Source: Podarcis filfolensis
Taxonomy: Eukaryota
Assembly (NCBI GenBank): GCA_964270895.1
Contig: OZ185436.1
Strand: one strand, 5' to 3'
Length of the DNA: 64,000 nt
The notes beneath the pieces were generated by a model, which was not told the origin of the DNA, made no database searches, and saw nothing but the letters and a program-made list of their open reading frames with translations. Below, one piece after another: positions 38,405-51,492 of the stretch (position 1 is its first letter; every line of letters starts with the position of its first letter). A program made the position numbers and the translations under genes.

Positions 38405-39210
38405 CAATTCTTTTCTGTTTTTCCAACAGTGAATTGTTTAAGTATTTAGCTGGTGGCCTTCTCACTTTCAGATGCCAGTTCTTCAGAAACTGCTGTAATT
38501 TGTTCCAAATACATCTTTGGTTGTTACCCATGCATTTTAAAACCTGGGACATGTTCAAAACAGTAGTAACATTCTGCTCCTTCTCCTACTTACAGCCCAT
38601 TGTGAACCTCACATGACTGATCAATACTGAAACTGAGCAATATCGCAAGTATGTACTTGCAGCCCTGGGAATTAGTCAGATCCTGGAGACCAGCGTTAAA
38701 TATTTACTAAAAAGAAGAATAGTTATTCAGGTTTATTACTGGCATTTACTAGCTGGGTTAGTTCTGCACTGCAATCCAAAGAATTCTTTTCAGCACAGTC
38801 CAGAGTGTCACCCAATAGGACCTTTTGCCTTGCTTAGAAACAGTTCTCATTTTGCCAGCAACCCACTATTCTGCAGGACCACCGTTCAAAACAAAGTTTA
38901 CGGCTCAGTTTATTCACGAGTGCCTGGACTGGGAAACACCAACTAAAACCTCGTTGCATAAGAGCCAAGTGAATTTGTTAATTTTTAAAAACTTTGTCCT
39001 GCTGCAGTACTACAAGGAATTTGCTCTTAAGACAATTAGCGGAAACACGATAAGCTACTGTGGTCAGTTTCCTTGGTAACTGGAATACACAGAAGAACTA
39101 TGCTTTTTACTGGCACGAGCAAGAGATTAGAACATGGGCAAAGGAAGGACAGTATTGTTGTAAGCTAGATTTGGCAGCTTGAGAAAAACAGGTTAACTGT
39201 CACTTGAAAC

Positions 39211-39360
39211 AGGATAGCTCAGTCGGCAGAGCATAAGACTCTTAGTCTCAAAGATCATGGGTTCAAGTCCCCCCCCCACTGGGAAAAGATTCCTGCATTG
39301 CAGGGGGTTGGACTAGATGACCCTCGTCCCTTCCAACTCTACAGTTTTATGATATTATGA
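39211..39360 (+). mobile_element. tRNA-Lys-derived SINE with a CR1 LINE 3' tail
   Basis: Head GGATAGCTCAGTCGGCAGAGCATAAGACTCTTAGTCTC...GGGTTCAAGTCC; tail AGATTCCTGCATTGCAGGGGGTTGGACTAGATGA matches the CR1 end at 9934-9970. Confidence 0.8.
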
Positions 39361-42300
39361 CTCTGGAAGTGACCAAACTGGAACATACCTATGGTGAACA
39401 AGCTCCTATGTAGTACTACTGGCCAAGAATGAAAGGCGGCCAGTTCTTAACATATTCACTGGCATAGAAACCATTTGGACTTGTGGAAGTAAGAAGTTCA
39501 GCAAACAGCACAAACTCCAAACTTTGACACCACTTTGCAACAGGGTATCTCGACTGTGCCACCTGTGCACCTAGTTTAGAACAGCAAGAGCATGGAGAAA
39601 AAGGCTGCTCCATTGCAATGGCAGCCCATTCCCCTAGATTTTCCTAACCCAATCCCAAAATGGGTTTTATTTGGGCTTGCTTTCAAATGCCGGGAGCAAA
39701 GTAAGTTGAGGGCAGGAAAGTAAGACTTCTAGAAAAGATTTTATGTTGGATTTTTTTAAATGGTTACCAGCAGGCTCTGGGCAGCACGCACACTTATCTG
39801 TCCACTGTAGGTCATCATGTTTGCCATTAGCTCGGTTATGGTGTGCAAATTCAAATTTATTCCCTCCAGTTCATTTGTATTTGTTAGCCACACTATTTCT
39901 TGAAAGGGTATCCACTTTTTGCAATGTTTTCAGTAAGATTAATGTCACTGAGATTGTCTTCTCCTGGCCTAGCCTTGATTTGAGATTACACCCAAAGCTC
40001 CTATGGAAGGGAGACAGATGTATCATTTATGAACCTAGTGCCCAGAGAGTAATATACTACTTTTGGCAAGCCTTCAGAATTTTGTACTTAAAACTTAAGG
40101 TAGTAGTTCAGAGTGATTGCTATTATTCTACAAGGCAATACAACTAAAATACAGTATCCCCAGCCATTATGTTTCTTTTAAGGGATTTTCAGTATCTCAA
40201 AGGGTACGAGCCGCTATAACTTAAATGGCAGGATTTCTTCTGTAGCCAAATGCACCCCTTCACCTTGGGTGACCCCTTACACTGGGTTCCAGGCATTGAA
40301 AAAACGGTGCGCCTTATAGGCAGACACCCACCTATGTGCTTGCTGCCTTCTAGACTGCACCTTTTCCAACCAGTGTTCCACAGGATGCTTGGGTCCGTCA
40401 ACATTTTACAATGCATTACCTGTTTTTACTTTGTAGGGTGGATGTCAGGGGCAGGGAGAAAGGGCCACGGTACTAAAAAAAAAGGTTTGTTTCCTCTAAC
40501 TTAAAAGGGCTGAAATCCACTGGTATAGCACAGCTATTTTTCATGAAAAAGTGTTAGCCAGTTTTGTAGGTTGGGTGCAGATCATGCAGATAACAGCAGC
40601 TAGTAGTACATAATTTGGTATCTTCTCTTTTTGGGGGGACCTTCTGCTGGAACAGAGGGCAGAGCTTAGTGACACACCTGCAATTTAAAATGACAAATGT
40701 GACCACTGAGATTGTTATAAACCCGAAGCATGTTATTTTTGGTACTGTTAGCTTATAGCCTTAAGGGGGGTGGGGGGAGAGAACCACTAGAACCAAGCAA
40801 AGATTACTATATGCCTTAAAGGGGCAGCAGCAAAGGTTCTGCTGCCAAGCTGCAATGCGGTGTGCATATGCTCACATCCCACGCACACTTTCACTTGGGA
40901 GAGGCACATTGTTCACCAGCATGTTAACCACCAACAACTGACAAGAGAAGAGTCTAAAACATGACCATTAAAAGCATAAATGATGTTTAGGGACAGAAAT
41001 AGCTCTGAGGAAAGTCGCAGCAGCCCCATATGCCTAAATCTGCAAGATGTATTCCTTGGAAGCAGATCACCCCCATGACAAAGCAAACAGAGGGTGCCAA
41101 ATAGCTTCCTAGTCGTAGCAGAGAGTTTGGCTTCATATGCTTACCTTAAGATAGGACTTTTAGGCAACATCAGACACAGCTTGTTGAGTTTGGAGGAAAT
41201 GGCATGTTGCAACCCATCAAACAATGGAAGCATATGTACACATGTCTCACTACAAATTGTTCCCATTATGGTAGGACATGGCTTGTCGTAATGTCTGAAA
41301 CAGGTCATTCCTCCTGACCTTAAGACTCAAGCCTGTGGGTCCAAACCATAGCAAGAGAACATGATCTTTGAACTCTAGTACAGAGAATAAACATGTTGCA
41401 GGAAGGAGCAGTGCAAGTTCTTGACCAGAGTTGTGAATAGAAATGATATCATTTGCAGATTTCCCTGAAGGTAGAACTCCATTTAATTTTCTTCAGTGAA
41501 GAGTCATGTGGTCAGAGTCCATGAAAGACTGCATCATAATAACTGTGTTGGTCTTGATAGTGCCACATGAATTTGATGTTCCTGCTACAAGACGACTAAC
41601 ACAGCTACCTTTCTGGACACTAATCATTTCAGACACCAGGAAAGAGCCAGAGAATGATACTACAAGGAAAATATATAACATACTAGAAAAGGCGTGGGGG
41701 AGGGGGGATATGTGGCTATCCGTATGCTGCTGACTTCTTCTCCCATCATCCCTGGTTGCAGCTGATGTGAGTTGGTCCAGCAAGTGGAGGGCCACAAGAT
41801 CCCAATCCCGCCATCATCAGTTGCCTTACAATGGCTACAAATGCATCCTTAGGTGCCTTGTAAACTAGGGAAGATAAAGCTGTTGCACGTAATGTTTCAA
41901 ATCAAGAGTCTGTTGTAGACAATTAATCACCTGTGGTTCTTTGGGTAAAGGGCCACAATGTCCCATTGTCAACCCTCCAGGGGCCACATATCAAAATGGG
42001 TGCAGCTTAAGTGTTAGTATGAGTGTGGTGCGAACTGCAGTTCTCAAAGCTGCCTTGCAATAGCCCCATCCACCATTGTGTATCATTTCAAACCATTTAT
42101 CATTAAATTCAGTAAAATTTAAAATTTAAATATAATTTTGAATGGAACTACCACCAACACATAGAACCACCTTTTGGGGGTGCCAAATACTGCCCGTGGG
42201 TTAGGGGCCCTCGTCATGTTTAAAGGAAGCATTTTTATACCCCCAATCACCACAAGGACCAACACTGTCTATTCCCTGTACCTCCCGCTTTTCAGAAGGT

Positions 42301-42706
42301 ATTTAGTTTTTGAATAAGTGTTAGAAGTTTCAAGTTTCTTAGTACAGAGCCACAAGCCATTTGTCTTCAGCAGCTGTGGTATTTAACATGGAAATACTGT
42401 CTCCATGTTAAGCAAGTGTCAAATCTTATGGTTGCAAGGATGATTTAGTCCTGCAAGTACTGTGTGCAACATACCCTGCCCTGTTTACTCTTGCAGTACT
42501 GCCCCTTAAAACAGAACTGCTAACTTTCCCATCACCTGCCTCCGAATAAAGCACACAACTGTCAGAAATGGGAGGTTTTCATGTTTATGATTTACCCTGA
42601 AAGCAGTGCGAACTGAACGTCATGCAACCAGAGCCACATTAACAAAGCTCTTCTCCCAAGAGGATTGTGCTTTTAAAGAATGCGGTAGGCATTTTAAATA
42701 AAAAGG

Positions 42707-43330
42707 TATGGGGTGTTAGGGGAGGGATGGTAACTCTAGGGGACACATTGTACCCCTCCTGGGCTAGTTTGACCACCTTTAGACCCCACCCTGCACTCAG
42801 CTCTCACCTGTGGATCCTAGAAGCTGTCAGCATGTGACAGTAGCCACACCCCGGGAATGATTTCCATTGGCCAGCTAAATCAGGTGAGGATAACCAATGG
42901 GTCTCAAACCCTTGGTAAGTTAGCGACTTCCCCCTGCATGTAAACACAGGATCTGGTGGATTAAGCAAACGAGACCAACAGTGACTTCAACAGTCTGAAA
43001 GGCAGCTCATCAACCTGGGATGGTAACTCATCTAGAAGGAAAACTCTGGTCTTAAAACTCCACTGCCTTACGAGAACTTCAGGAGAAGAAATGGCTCAGG
43101 AGTAAACCCTACACATATCCAGAGCATAGTCCTTAAGACGGCTGGATGATGCCTTGCACCCCTCCTTCTGACAACTCCTGCAGCCAGTCTGGTGTCAAAA
43201 GCATTGCTCTGCTTTCCTTTGAACCACAGCAGTGAGGCTGGGGGGGGGAGTCTTGTACCCTGGGCAGCCCAGGACCTCCACACACACTGCCCAGGCTTGT
43301 GCCTCAGGGAGGTCCCTTTGTGTTGCTAAT
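42707..43330 (+). mobile_element. Probable 5'-UTR portion of an RTE/BovB-like LINE (family assignment from recall)
   Basis: Contains GAAGGAAAACTCTG...CTCCACTGCCTT...GGAGTAAACCCTACAC...GGGCAGCCCAGGACCTCC, which I recognise as an abundant lacertid interspersed repeat; not verified. Confidence 0.45.
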
Positions 43331-46021
43331 TTGACCTCTTGAGACAGATGCCAACAAGTGGGATGCCAAGAAGTATGGCAATGAATACTGGGGTGCTTTA
43401 TTATGCTGCTTAGAAAACATCTGTGGCACATTTGCTAAGTGATCACTACTTAAGTCCAAGCTCAGGTTTGTTTTTCACCAGTTCTTGTTATCACTTAACA
43501 TTTACCACCGCAGTTCTGAGTTAAGAGTCTTTTGGCTATTAAGATCTGGCACTAGTGGTATAACAGGAGTCAGCACCTGGTAATGCTTCCTTTTCCAATA
43601 AAATTTTTCTACAGCCAACCTGGAGAACTTTGGTTCCATTTATTACTAAAACAGAAACTTCGGCTTTCGAAAAGCCCTTCCTGTGTCCTTAAAGCCTGCT
43701 GCAGCACGCTTTGAATAAATGACATCATTGGCAAACTTGTTATGCTGACAATAACCCCCAGGAGAACAGGCCCCCCTCTTACACTAAGCAAAGCACATTC
43801 CACATTAGTGAGGTCACCCCTTGTTCCCCATGTATGTGAAAAGCCCCCAGAAGCTGCAGATGAGATCAGTTTGCTTCATTACTGGCTTGACTGGAACACT
43901 GCCCTGCGAAGCATCCGAATATTGATGCACATATTCCCAGGAGAATTTCTTGGCAGCCATTCTAACCTGCACATGCACAGAACCATTCCCCAACCCCCCA
44001 ATGCTGCCATTCATTTCGACGCAAGCTGCCTCAAGCATTTATAGAGATCTCTCATTCTCGCTTCTATGGCAATTGCTTCGGCAGCCCAAACCTATCTCAG
44101 AGGTTCTAGATTCATTCATCCAACAACCGACGGGTGAATGGATGCTGTGGAAGCAAGCATCCTGAAGAACAGAGCTGCACCACTGGACCCCCAGGGCGCT
44201 GACGGTCAAGGAGTGGCAGCTCCAATGGAAGCACATGACGACTGTGCTAATCGCTGCTAGGCCAAGTGGCAAATCAGGAACAGAATGGGTGGGACAGTCC
44301 AAGACAGGTTGTGCAAAACAATGTCAGGAAAGTGCTTTCAGAGGTAACACTATAGCCAACAGCTAATGGTGTGGAAAACTATTGTCTGGAAAGCCCTACG
44401 GTTAAGTCTGCACCCACATTCACCCACCATTCCCAGTAATCTGCCGCCATCCGTATGAGTACAATAGTGTTCTGAAGTAGCCCTGCCTGCTGATTAAGGC
44501 TCCAATCCTGCATTTCGTTTCAGATATGCCAGAAAGGAGGTATTAACTTTCCCACAACATTGTTCATGGTAGCCGTCTAGACATACAACAATGCCCCCCT
44601 TCAAGTTTGCTGCTTGAGGCTGCTGTCTGGAATATTTGTTCATGGGTCTATTTTCAGGCAGGCATCCCACCAGCCTGTTCTCCGAAATACTAGAGTGCCC
44701 ACTCACGAATAAAATGCACTAGTCAGTGGCTACACATCACAAGCACATGAAAACCAGTAATAATGAGAAAACACCAATTCCAGTGATAGGCCATTTAGGA
44801 AGGAGACAGGACACCCATCACCAGGCCTCAAAAGGAACTGAACACTCTGGTAAGTATTTATGTTTCTCCAGCTGTGTATCTAGATCAACTAGCCACTGGC
44901 TCTGGAATAAGGCAGCCATATAAAATAACTGTTTGAAAGGCACATTACACTTATGGCTCCTGCCTAGCATGCTTTCATGTCTTCAAACCTCACTTCAAAA
45001 ACAACAGCATATGACTGCAGAGTAAGATAAGATGCTCCATCTTCCAATGCTATTAAATTTTGGTACATATAAGTAGAAACTCCCATTATTCTGCTGTCAA
45101 AGAAATTGGGGGGTGGGTGGGGGGCAGAAAGTATGAAGCATTACAGAGACCTTGCATGGCCCCATGAAAGTATAGAAACCTATAATGAAAGTGTATCTAA
45201 AATACACTAGACTTCCCCCAAACTAGTGAGTTTGAGCTGTTGCTGGACTAACTTCTACAATCCCTGTTACACCGGCTGAAGTGAGTTCAGGTGATCATTA
45301 CCCTGGAGGACACCAAGTTGGGGGAAGATTGAAATTACAACAGAACTGGAAAATACTAGGAGGATTCAGTGCATGATAAATTGCACAGTCATTTTTGTTA
45401 TTTTTCCCACAAAAGGCCTCTCACAAACCAGAACTTCATTCTCCAAAAGGCAGGCCAGTCTTGCAATTTGACATTTGCAAGACAGAAATAAAACAATCCT
45501 TCCAGAAAGACTAGGCAGAAGAATGCAGGTTCTGTGGGCTTGGCAACCCACACAACCATCATCAACATATGCCATAGTTCAATGCATATTATTCTACTAC
45601 AAGTAAACATCAACAGTATGCAAAAGCTTTCCAATTGGACAAGAAAAGTGCCACCTCAGATCGAGGCTGGAAGGACTATGCACATCACACTCCTATTTCA
45701 GTGGCTAATTGCAGACAACAGACCCTCATTTAAGCCTGCAGTTATCTTTAAGGTATGTTTGGCTTTGAGTCTGTGGCATTAAGAGTGCAAATTATGTCAG
45801 TTTCAAGCCACTGTTGCCTTCTCATTTCCTGATCGCAATACCCTCTCATTTGATAATACAGAGTCTTGTCAAAACATATGGTTTATGCAGACAATTATTG
45901 CTATTTACAGTTTACATGCACATATCATAACTGCATCTGAGGTTCCTGTTGCCAGGAAGGCAGAAATCAAGGAGCAATGAGCTTTTTTCAACACTATTAA
46001 CTAGATATATGCAAAGACATC

Positions 46022-46542
46022 CTTGTTTTAGCAATCAGTCAGTTAGTAGAGGCTACATGGTTAGTGACAAAGTCTGGGGAGCTTCCAAGACCAACATCCA
46101 CAGCATTAGCAAAGGCTGTTTCATAGAGGGGTGGCCAATGTGAGGACTCTAGAAACTGCTGACAGACAACTCCCACCATCCCTGATCACTAGCCATGCTG
46201 GCAGGGGCTGATGGGAGCTGTAGTCCAACGACTTCTTCTGGCCTTATCTATCCCCAGTAGTAGAAGCATGCAGACTCAAAATACTGGATACCTCCCAGAA
46301 ACAGGAAAGGGTACATCTGACCCAGGCAGGCTTGGGGTGAAGCTGGAAGTGGCCATCTTTCCCACAACTAGCTTACCCCAAAATTTCTTCCTTATCCATA
46401 TAACTATGCTCAAAAAAAGTCTCATAAGAGTCCAGTTACTCATCTGCAGCAGCTTGTTTTAGCAATCAGTCAGTAGTAGAGGCTACATGGTTAGTGACAA
46501 AGTCTGGGGAGCTTCCAAGACCAACATCCACAGCATTAGCAA
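46022..46542. repeat. Near-perfect 90-bp direct repeat (46022-46112 and 46453-46542) flanking 340 bp
   Basis: Direct comparison: the copies differ only by a 1-bp indel (CAGTTAGTAG vs CAGTAGTAG). Confidence 0.95.
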
Positions 46543-48241
46543 GCATGTTTACTCACACTGGGTGTGGGTCAAGATGCTTCCAGGCAGCCATCACACCAGC
46601 AGAGGACTGCACAGATAAGTGAAGCTATTTAGATATGGTAGAGCCAAATATCTTCTGTGCAGCACACGCCAAACACTAAAGCCACAGTGTATACGGGTTT
46701 TTTAGAGCCAAAACCAACACGTTGGAAGTAATCAGAAGTGATTACTGTTTGGGGAAATCCTTGACTACAATGTACACTTTGATTCAGTTTTTCCATCTGA
46801 AACCATCCAGAGTCACCACACATAACAGGATTGGTGAGAGGAAATCCCATTCATGCAAGTATGCACAGTTCAGCCAGGCTCCATCACAGGCAGAGAGCAG
46901 CATTCAGAAAAAGGAAGTGTTCTAGTTAAAGGAAAAACATGTTAATGTTCATAGCCTGGTACACCTCTTAAAACTTTGATACACGCAATATTTTGGCTAC
47001 TTCCTCAAACTAATCTGTTTTAAAGCATTTTGATCGAGGCAAGCAACACAAGACTCATGGCATAAGCCTAAAAGATGTCCCCATTTTTGTTAACACCACA
47101 ACCAATGTTTCACCCAAGTGGCCACCACATTAAGCCCTGGGCCAAAAGTTACAGAATAGAGCCGTTGAATTGTAGAGTTGGAAAGGACCACGAGGGTCAT
47201 CTAGTCCCTAGTCATCTAAACTAAGCAGAAATAGGGGAGAGGCCAGAGGCCATCTTGGTTATGAGTCCTGGAAGAATTTGACCACAACCATGATTTAATT
47301 GCAAGGAATAAGTGATCAACTGGGACCAGTACTTGTGGGAAGTGATGCTTTCTCTCTCGTCAACATTACCCGAGGAAATGGTTTGCCTGTGCAGCTTTGA
47401 GAGACCAGTCTGCCTTCATTAGTTCAACATCACCTCTAAGAGAGGAAGATGGGCAGCACTGCTTCCTCTGCCCAGCACAGACATTCTTCAGTGCTCACAC
47501 CAAGCAGGCCAGTGACACATGTCTGACTAGGGGGCGGGGGGAATGTACTAAATACCAGACTCTAAGAATTGAACACAACCTATTAGACATTTACCACCCT
47601 CTTCTATAGAGCACAGTGAATGGTTAGGTATGTAAAGGGGTGAGACGATCTTTTAGGTATCCTGGTGGCCTTTGAACACCAATACCAGCACTTTGAACTT
47701 AGCCTGATAGCCGATTCATAACCAGTGCAACTCTTTCAGCAGCAGGGAAGCCATCTGTGCAGCTTCTCTCCTGAAGAGGAACCGGTATGCCGCCACCGCA
47801 TCCCGCCGGAGCTAGCTGGAGTCTCCCCCATCAGACAGGCACCCTCCTATCAGCAGCAATTCAGACTGGCTACAGCCCCACTTCACTTGCGGATGCTCCT
47901 TGCAAAGAAGTGGCAAGAACACCATTTTTGAAAGGGGTTCTTTTTTTCTCTTGGCTCACTGCTTGACAGGTCTTTCTCCTGATAAACACAGAGGCTGCAG
48001 GCGAGAGCGGAAAGCGTAAGTAAAATGTGTGTTAAGATGCAATCCCAGTGTATAGGGACTTTCCAAGTCTTTTAGTCACTGACGCATAAACCTGCTCCTC
48101 AGCAGTTTATAAAGTCAGAACCTTGCAAGTGTCTGAGCTGACCATCTCCATTTCCTACGTTTAGTTGCAGCAGGATACTGTTGCTGCAGGACCACTAATT
48201 TCCTCAGCCGCCTACCGAGTTTCAGTTCCCCAAGCTCTTTA

Positions 48242-48482
48242 CAGAGGTACCTCTGTTTACAAACTAAATCCGTTCCTGAAGTCCATTCTTAAACCAAATG
48301 TGCTCTTAAACTGAGGCGCGCTTTCCCTAATGAGGCCTCCGGCCGCCAGCGCCCTTCCACGGTTTGGTTTCCATTCATAGATCGAGGTAAAGTTCACAAA
48401 CCGGAACACTACTTCCAATTTTGCGGAGTTCGTAAACCAAATAGTTCATTAACAGGGCTGTTCGTAAACCAAGGTACCGCTG
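48242..48482. mobile_element. Tc1/mariner MITE, related subfamily
   Basis: TA-CAGAGGTACCTC ... AAGGTACCGCTG; the left part resembles 9157-9230. Confidence 0.75.
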
Positions 48483-49931
48483 TGCTCAGAAATCCCACCT
48501 TTCACTCTACCCCTGAAGAGCCCCATCAGCCGCCACAGTGCCCAGAGGGAAGGTTTCCCTTGCAGTTTGTAGAGCTCTAAGCACATTTTCATGTCAGCTA
48601 TGCTGCAGATCAAACAGTTATCTCCACCTCCACACAGAAGTCTTTTTAAGATTTCTGCCTCCCACCCCCACTAACTTAATTGAAGTTTGGGCCTGGTCCC
48701 ATTCAGAGCAATGCTATGTCAAAGCGGCCTTCACTTCCTAAGAGGCAGCAAGTGGAGCTGTGCTGCTAAAAGCATTAAGCCATTTCGCTATTCATTCATA
48801 AAGTGAAGGAGCACAACTTAAGCGTTATTTTCACCTGTTTAATCCAATTAGGGATCCCACAGCAGCCGATGAAATCAGAAAGTATAGTACTTGGTCAGGT
48901 TTACACCACACCAAGTTTCTAACGTCAGTGTTAAGGGCGTTGGCACAAGTCCCAGTTCAGTTGTCAGATCATGGTGGTTATTGTTCACCCATTTCTTGAG
49001 CTACTTCCAAGACACAGAGCACCGCAATGCAAAGTGCACATGAAACACTCAGACTGCCTGGGTGGCCTCTATCATTGCAGCCCATATGGATGCAATACCC
49101 TAGCTTTTAGCACACTTAAAAAAAATGCACTGCTATAAAGAATATGACTTTGCACCACCACAAAACTATGTTATGTCTTTGACTTCTACTGAACAGAACT
49201 GGGAGGGGGGGGGACCACAGATAGTCAAGCCTGAGTTTTCTAACCCTCATGCCAGAAATATAAAGCAGGCAAGTGGAGAGCGTCTCCCATCCGTAAATAA
49301 AGGGGCCAGGAAGCCACTGGCCCTACTTTTATCTCAGCTTCATGCTAATGTTTGGGGGGGGAGTCGAAAGCAAGAGAGTTGCTTCATGTATTTAATGGGA
49401 AGAGTTGGAAGGAGAAAAGAGTGGCAAACATACTTGCCGCAGCCAGCTTCCTCAAAGCACAGAATGTTTTTTTAATTAATCCTACCCACTCCTCCCAAGT
49501 TCCCAGGTTGTGATAGATATGAGCTGTTTGCATTGGAGCAAGCATTTCCTACTTTCCTTTATCAACAGCAACAAAAAAAAGCACCTCTAAAAAAATTAAG
49601 AGTAATAAAACACATAGTTGCAAAGGGGGGTGAGGAGAGAAACACAAGGAATTAGCAGTTCTGGAACTGAAAACAGATTCCTGGGCTGAGCATGTCCCTC
49701 AGAAGCTCCCTAGGATACATTCAGCCCCACCCTACCTGCAGACACTATTTTGCAGACCATGAGATGCCAGCAGAAAATACCCTGAAGGAGATTCCCCCCA
49801 AGTCTGAAGTCTGCCCATACCCGTGGTAGAGGATTTGTGGGAGACGAAAACAGTACACACAGCATGAAGTGAGAAACCCCTCCAAGTTAAAGTTACCTAC
49901 AGTGTGTGAATTGAATCTAAAGTTGCAAGTA

Positions 49932-50173
49932 CAGTGGTACCTCGGGTTACATACGCTTCAGGTTACATACACTTCAGGTTACAGACTCCGGTAACCCAGA
50001 AATAGTGCTTCAGGTTAAGAACTTTGCTTCAGGATGAGAACAGAAATCATGCTCCAGCGGCGCAGCGGCAGCAGGAGGCCCCATTAGCTAAAGTGGTGCT
50101 TCAGGTTAAGAACAGTTTCAGGTTAAGAACGGACCTCTGGAACGAATTAAGTACTTAACCTGAGGTACCACTG
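49932..50173. mobile_element. Tc1/mariner MITE (same family, opposite orientation)
   Basis: TA-CAGTGGTACCTC ... GAGGTACCACTG-TA. Confidence 0.92.
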
Positions 50174-50837
50174 TAGTGACTTATGTAAGTTTGTGGAACC
50201 CCTGCCCTGAACTCAAGATGACCCGCCATAGGTTACCTTTTCCACATAACAATTCCTTTTACAGAGAAAAGAAGTATAGAGCGAATCCATTAAACGCTCA
50301 ATTAAAACAGGAGCAGCAAGGCAGCAAGCCCAGCACCCACAAACAAACGCTGGATAGAAGGAATAGTCTTTCCTGGCTCACAGTGGGAGCCTTGGTCTTT
50401 TACTTCCACTATGACAGCTCAATAGCACCAAAGAGTTATGCCCGGCCTACAGTTCTCTAGAACTGTACAGAAGCATATTTCACGTGATGAATTGAGTACA
50501 TCTTTGCCAACAGTCATTCTTCAGATTAACAACGCAATTCTGCACAGATGGTTCATTTTTACATGACATGATTGCGCTGCCAGCAGCAGCGCCAGTTTCT
50601 CTCCTTTCTTTTTGGTCGTGTTGAAGGGTCTCAGAGGATTTTCAAGTCTATTAAACCCAAATGTCCCTGCTTCTCTCTTACAGGAGAAAACCTTTGCAGA
50701 GGCAAACAGTGTGAATCTGTTTGCAACCCTCGATTTTGCATCCTCAGAAGTAAGCCCCATTGAACAATGGGACTTATTCCTTAAGCATGCATAAGATTAC
50801 AGCCAAAGTCAACAAGCCCGTCTCATTTGGAAGCTGT

Positions 50838-51340
50838 TCTATTTTGTCCAAGGAAATCAGGGTAGTGCACATGGTTCTCCCCCTCATTTAACCCCCACAA
50901 CCACCCTGTGAAGTAAAAAGGAAAAGGTACCCCTGCCCGTATGGGCCAGTCTTGCCAGACTCTAGGGTTGTGCGCTCATCTCACTCTATAGGCCGGGAGC
51001 CAGCGCTGTCCGCAGACACTTCTGGGTCACGTGGCCAGCGTGACAAGCTGCATCTGGCGAGCCAGCGCAGCACACGGAACGCCGTTTACCTTCCCGCTGG
51101 TAAGCAGTCCCTATTTATCTACTTGCACCCGAAGGTGCTTTCGAACTGATAGGTTGGCAGGTGCTGGGACCGAACGGCGGGAGCGCACCCCGCCGCGGGG
51201 ATTCGAACCGCCAACCATGCGATCGGCAAGTCCTAGGCGCTGAGGATTTACCCACAGCACCACCCGCGTCCCACCCTGTGAAGTAGGTTCAGCTGAAAGG
51301 CAGTGACTGGCTCAAGGTCACCCTGTGAGTTTCATGGCTC
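50838..51340 (-). mobile_element. Older MIR-like/L2-tailed SINE interrupted by the Sauria SINE
   Basis: CCCACAACCACCCTGTGAAGTA|GGTTCAGCTGA...GACTGGCTCAAGGTCACC continues across the insertion; similar to 61932-62130. Confidence 0.7.
50916..51272 (-). mobile_element. Sauria-type SINE, full length, CpG-rich (young)
   Basis: 13-bp TSD ACCCTGTGAAGTA (50903-50915 and 51273-51285); similar to the copy at 14339. Confidence 0.92.
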
Positions 51341-51356
51341 AGCTCAAGTTATAGCC

Positions 51357-51492
51357 CAGGCTTCCTCAACCTCGGCCTTTCAGGTGTTTTGAAACTACAA
51401 TTCCCAACATTCCTGACCACTGGTCCTGCTAGCTAGGGATCATGGGAGATGTAGGCCAAAAACATCTGGAGGGCTGAGGTTGAGGAAGCCTG
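51357..51492. mobile_element. hAT-like palindromic MITE (same family as 12602)
   Basis: CAGGCTTCCTCAACCTC ... GAGGTTGAGGAAGCCTG arms. Confidence 0.85.

Noticed and set aside
39211-39285. Possible genuine tRNA-Lys gene (also the tRNA-like heads at 86, 6466 and 61932)
   Set aside because: Acceptor and anticodon stems are broken and each head continues into SINE body or tail sequence, so they are SINE heads and not tRNA genes.
43640-44340. Cluster of overlapping 70-100 aa ORFs in intron 1, considered as a processed pseudogene
   Set aside because: No frame resembles a protein I recognise, and I saw no polyA tail or TSD.
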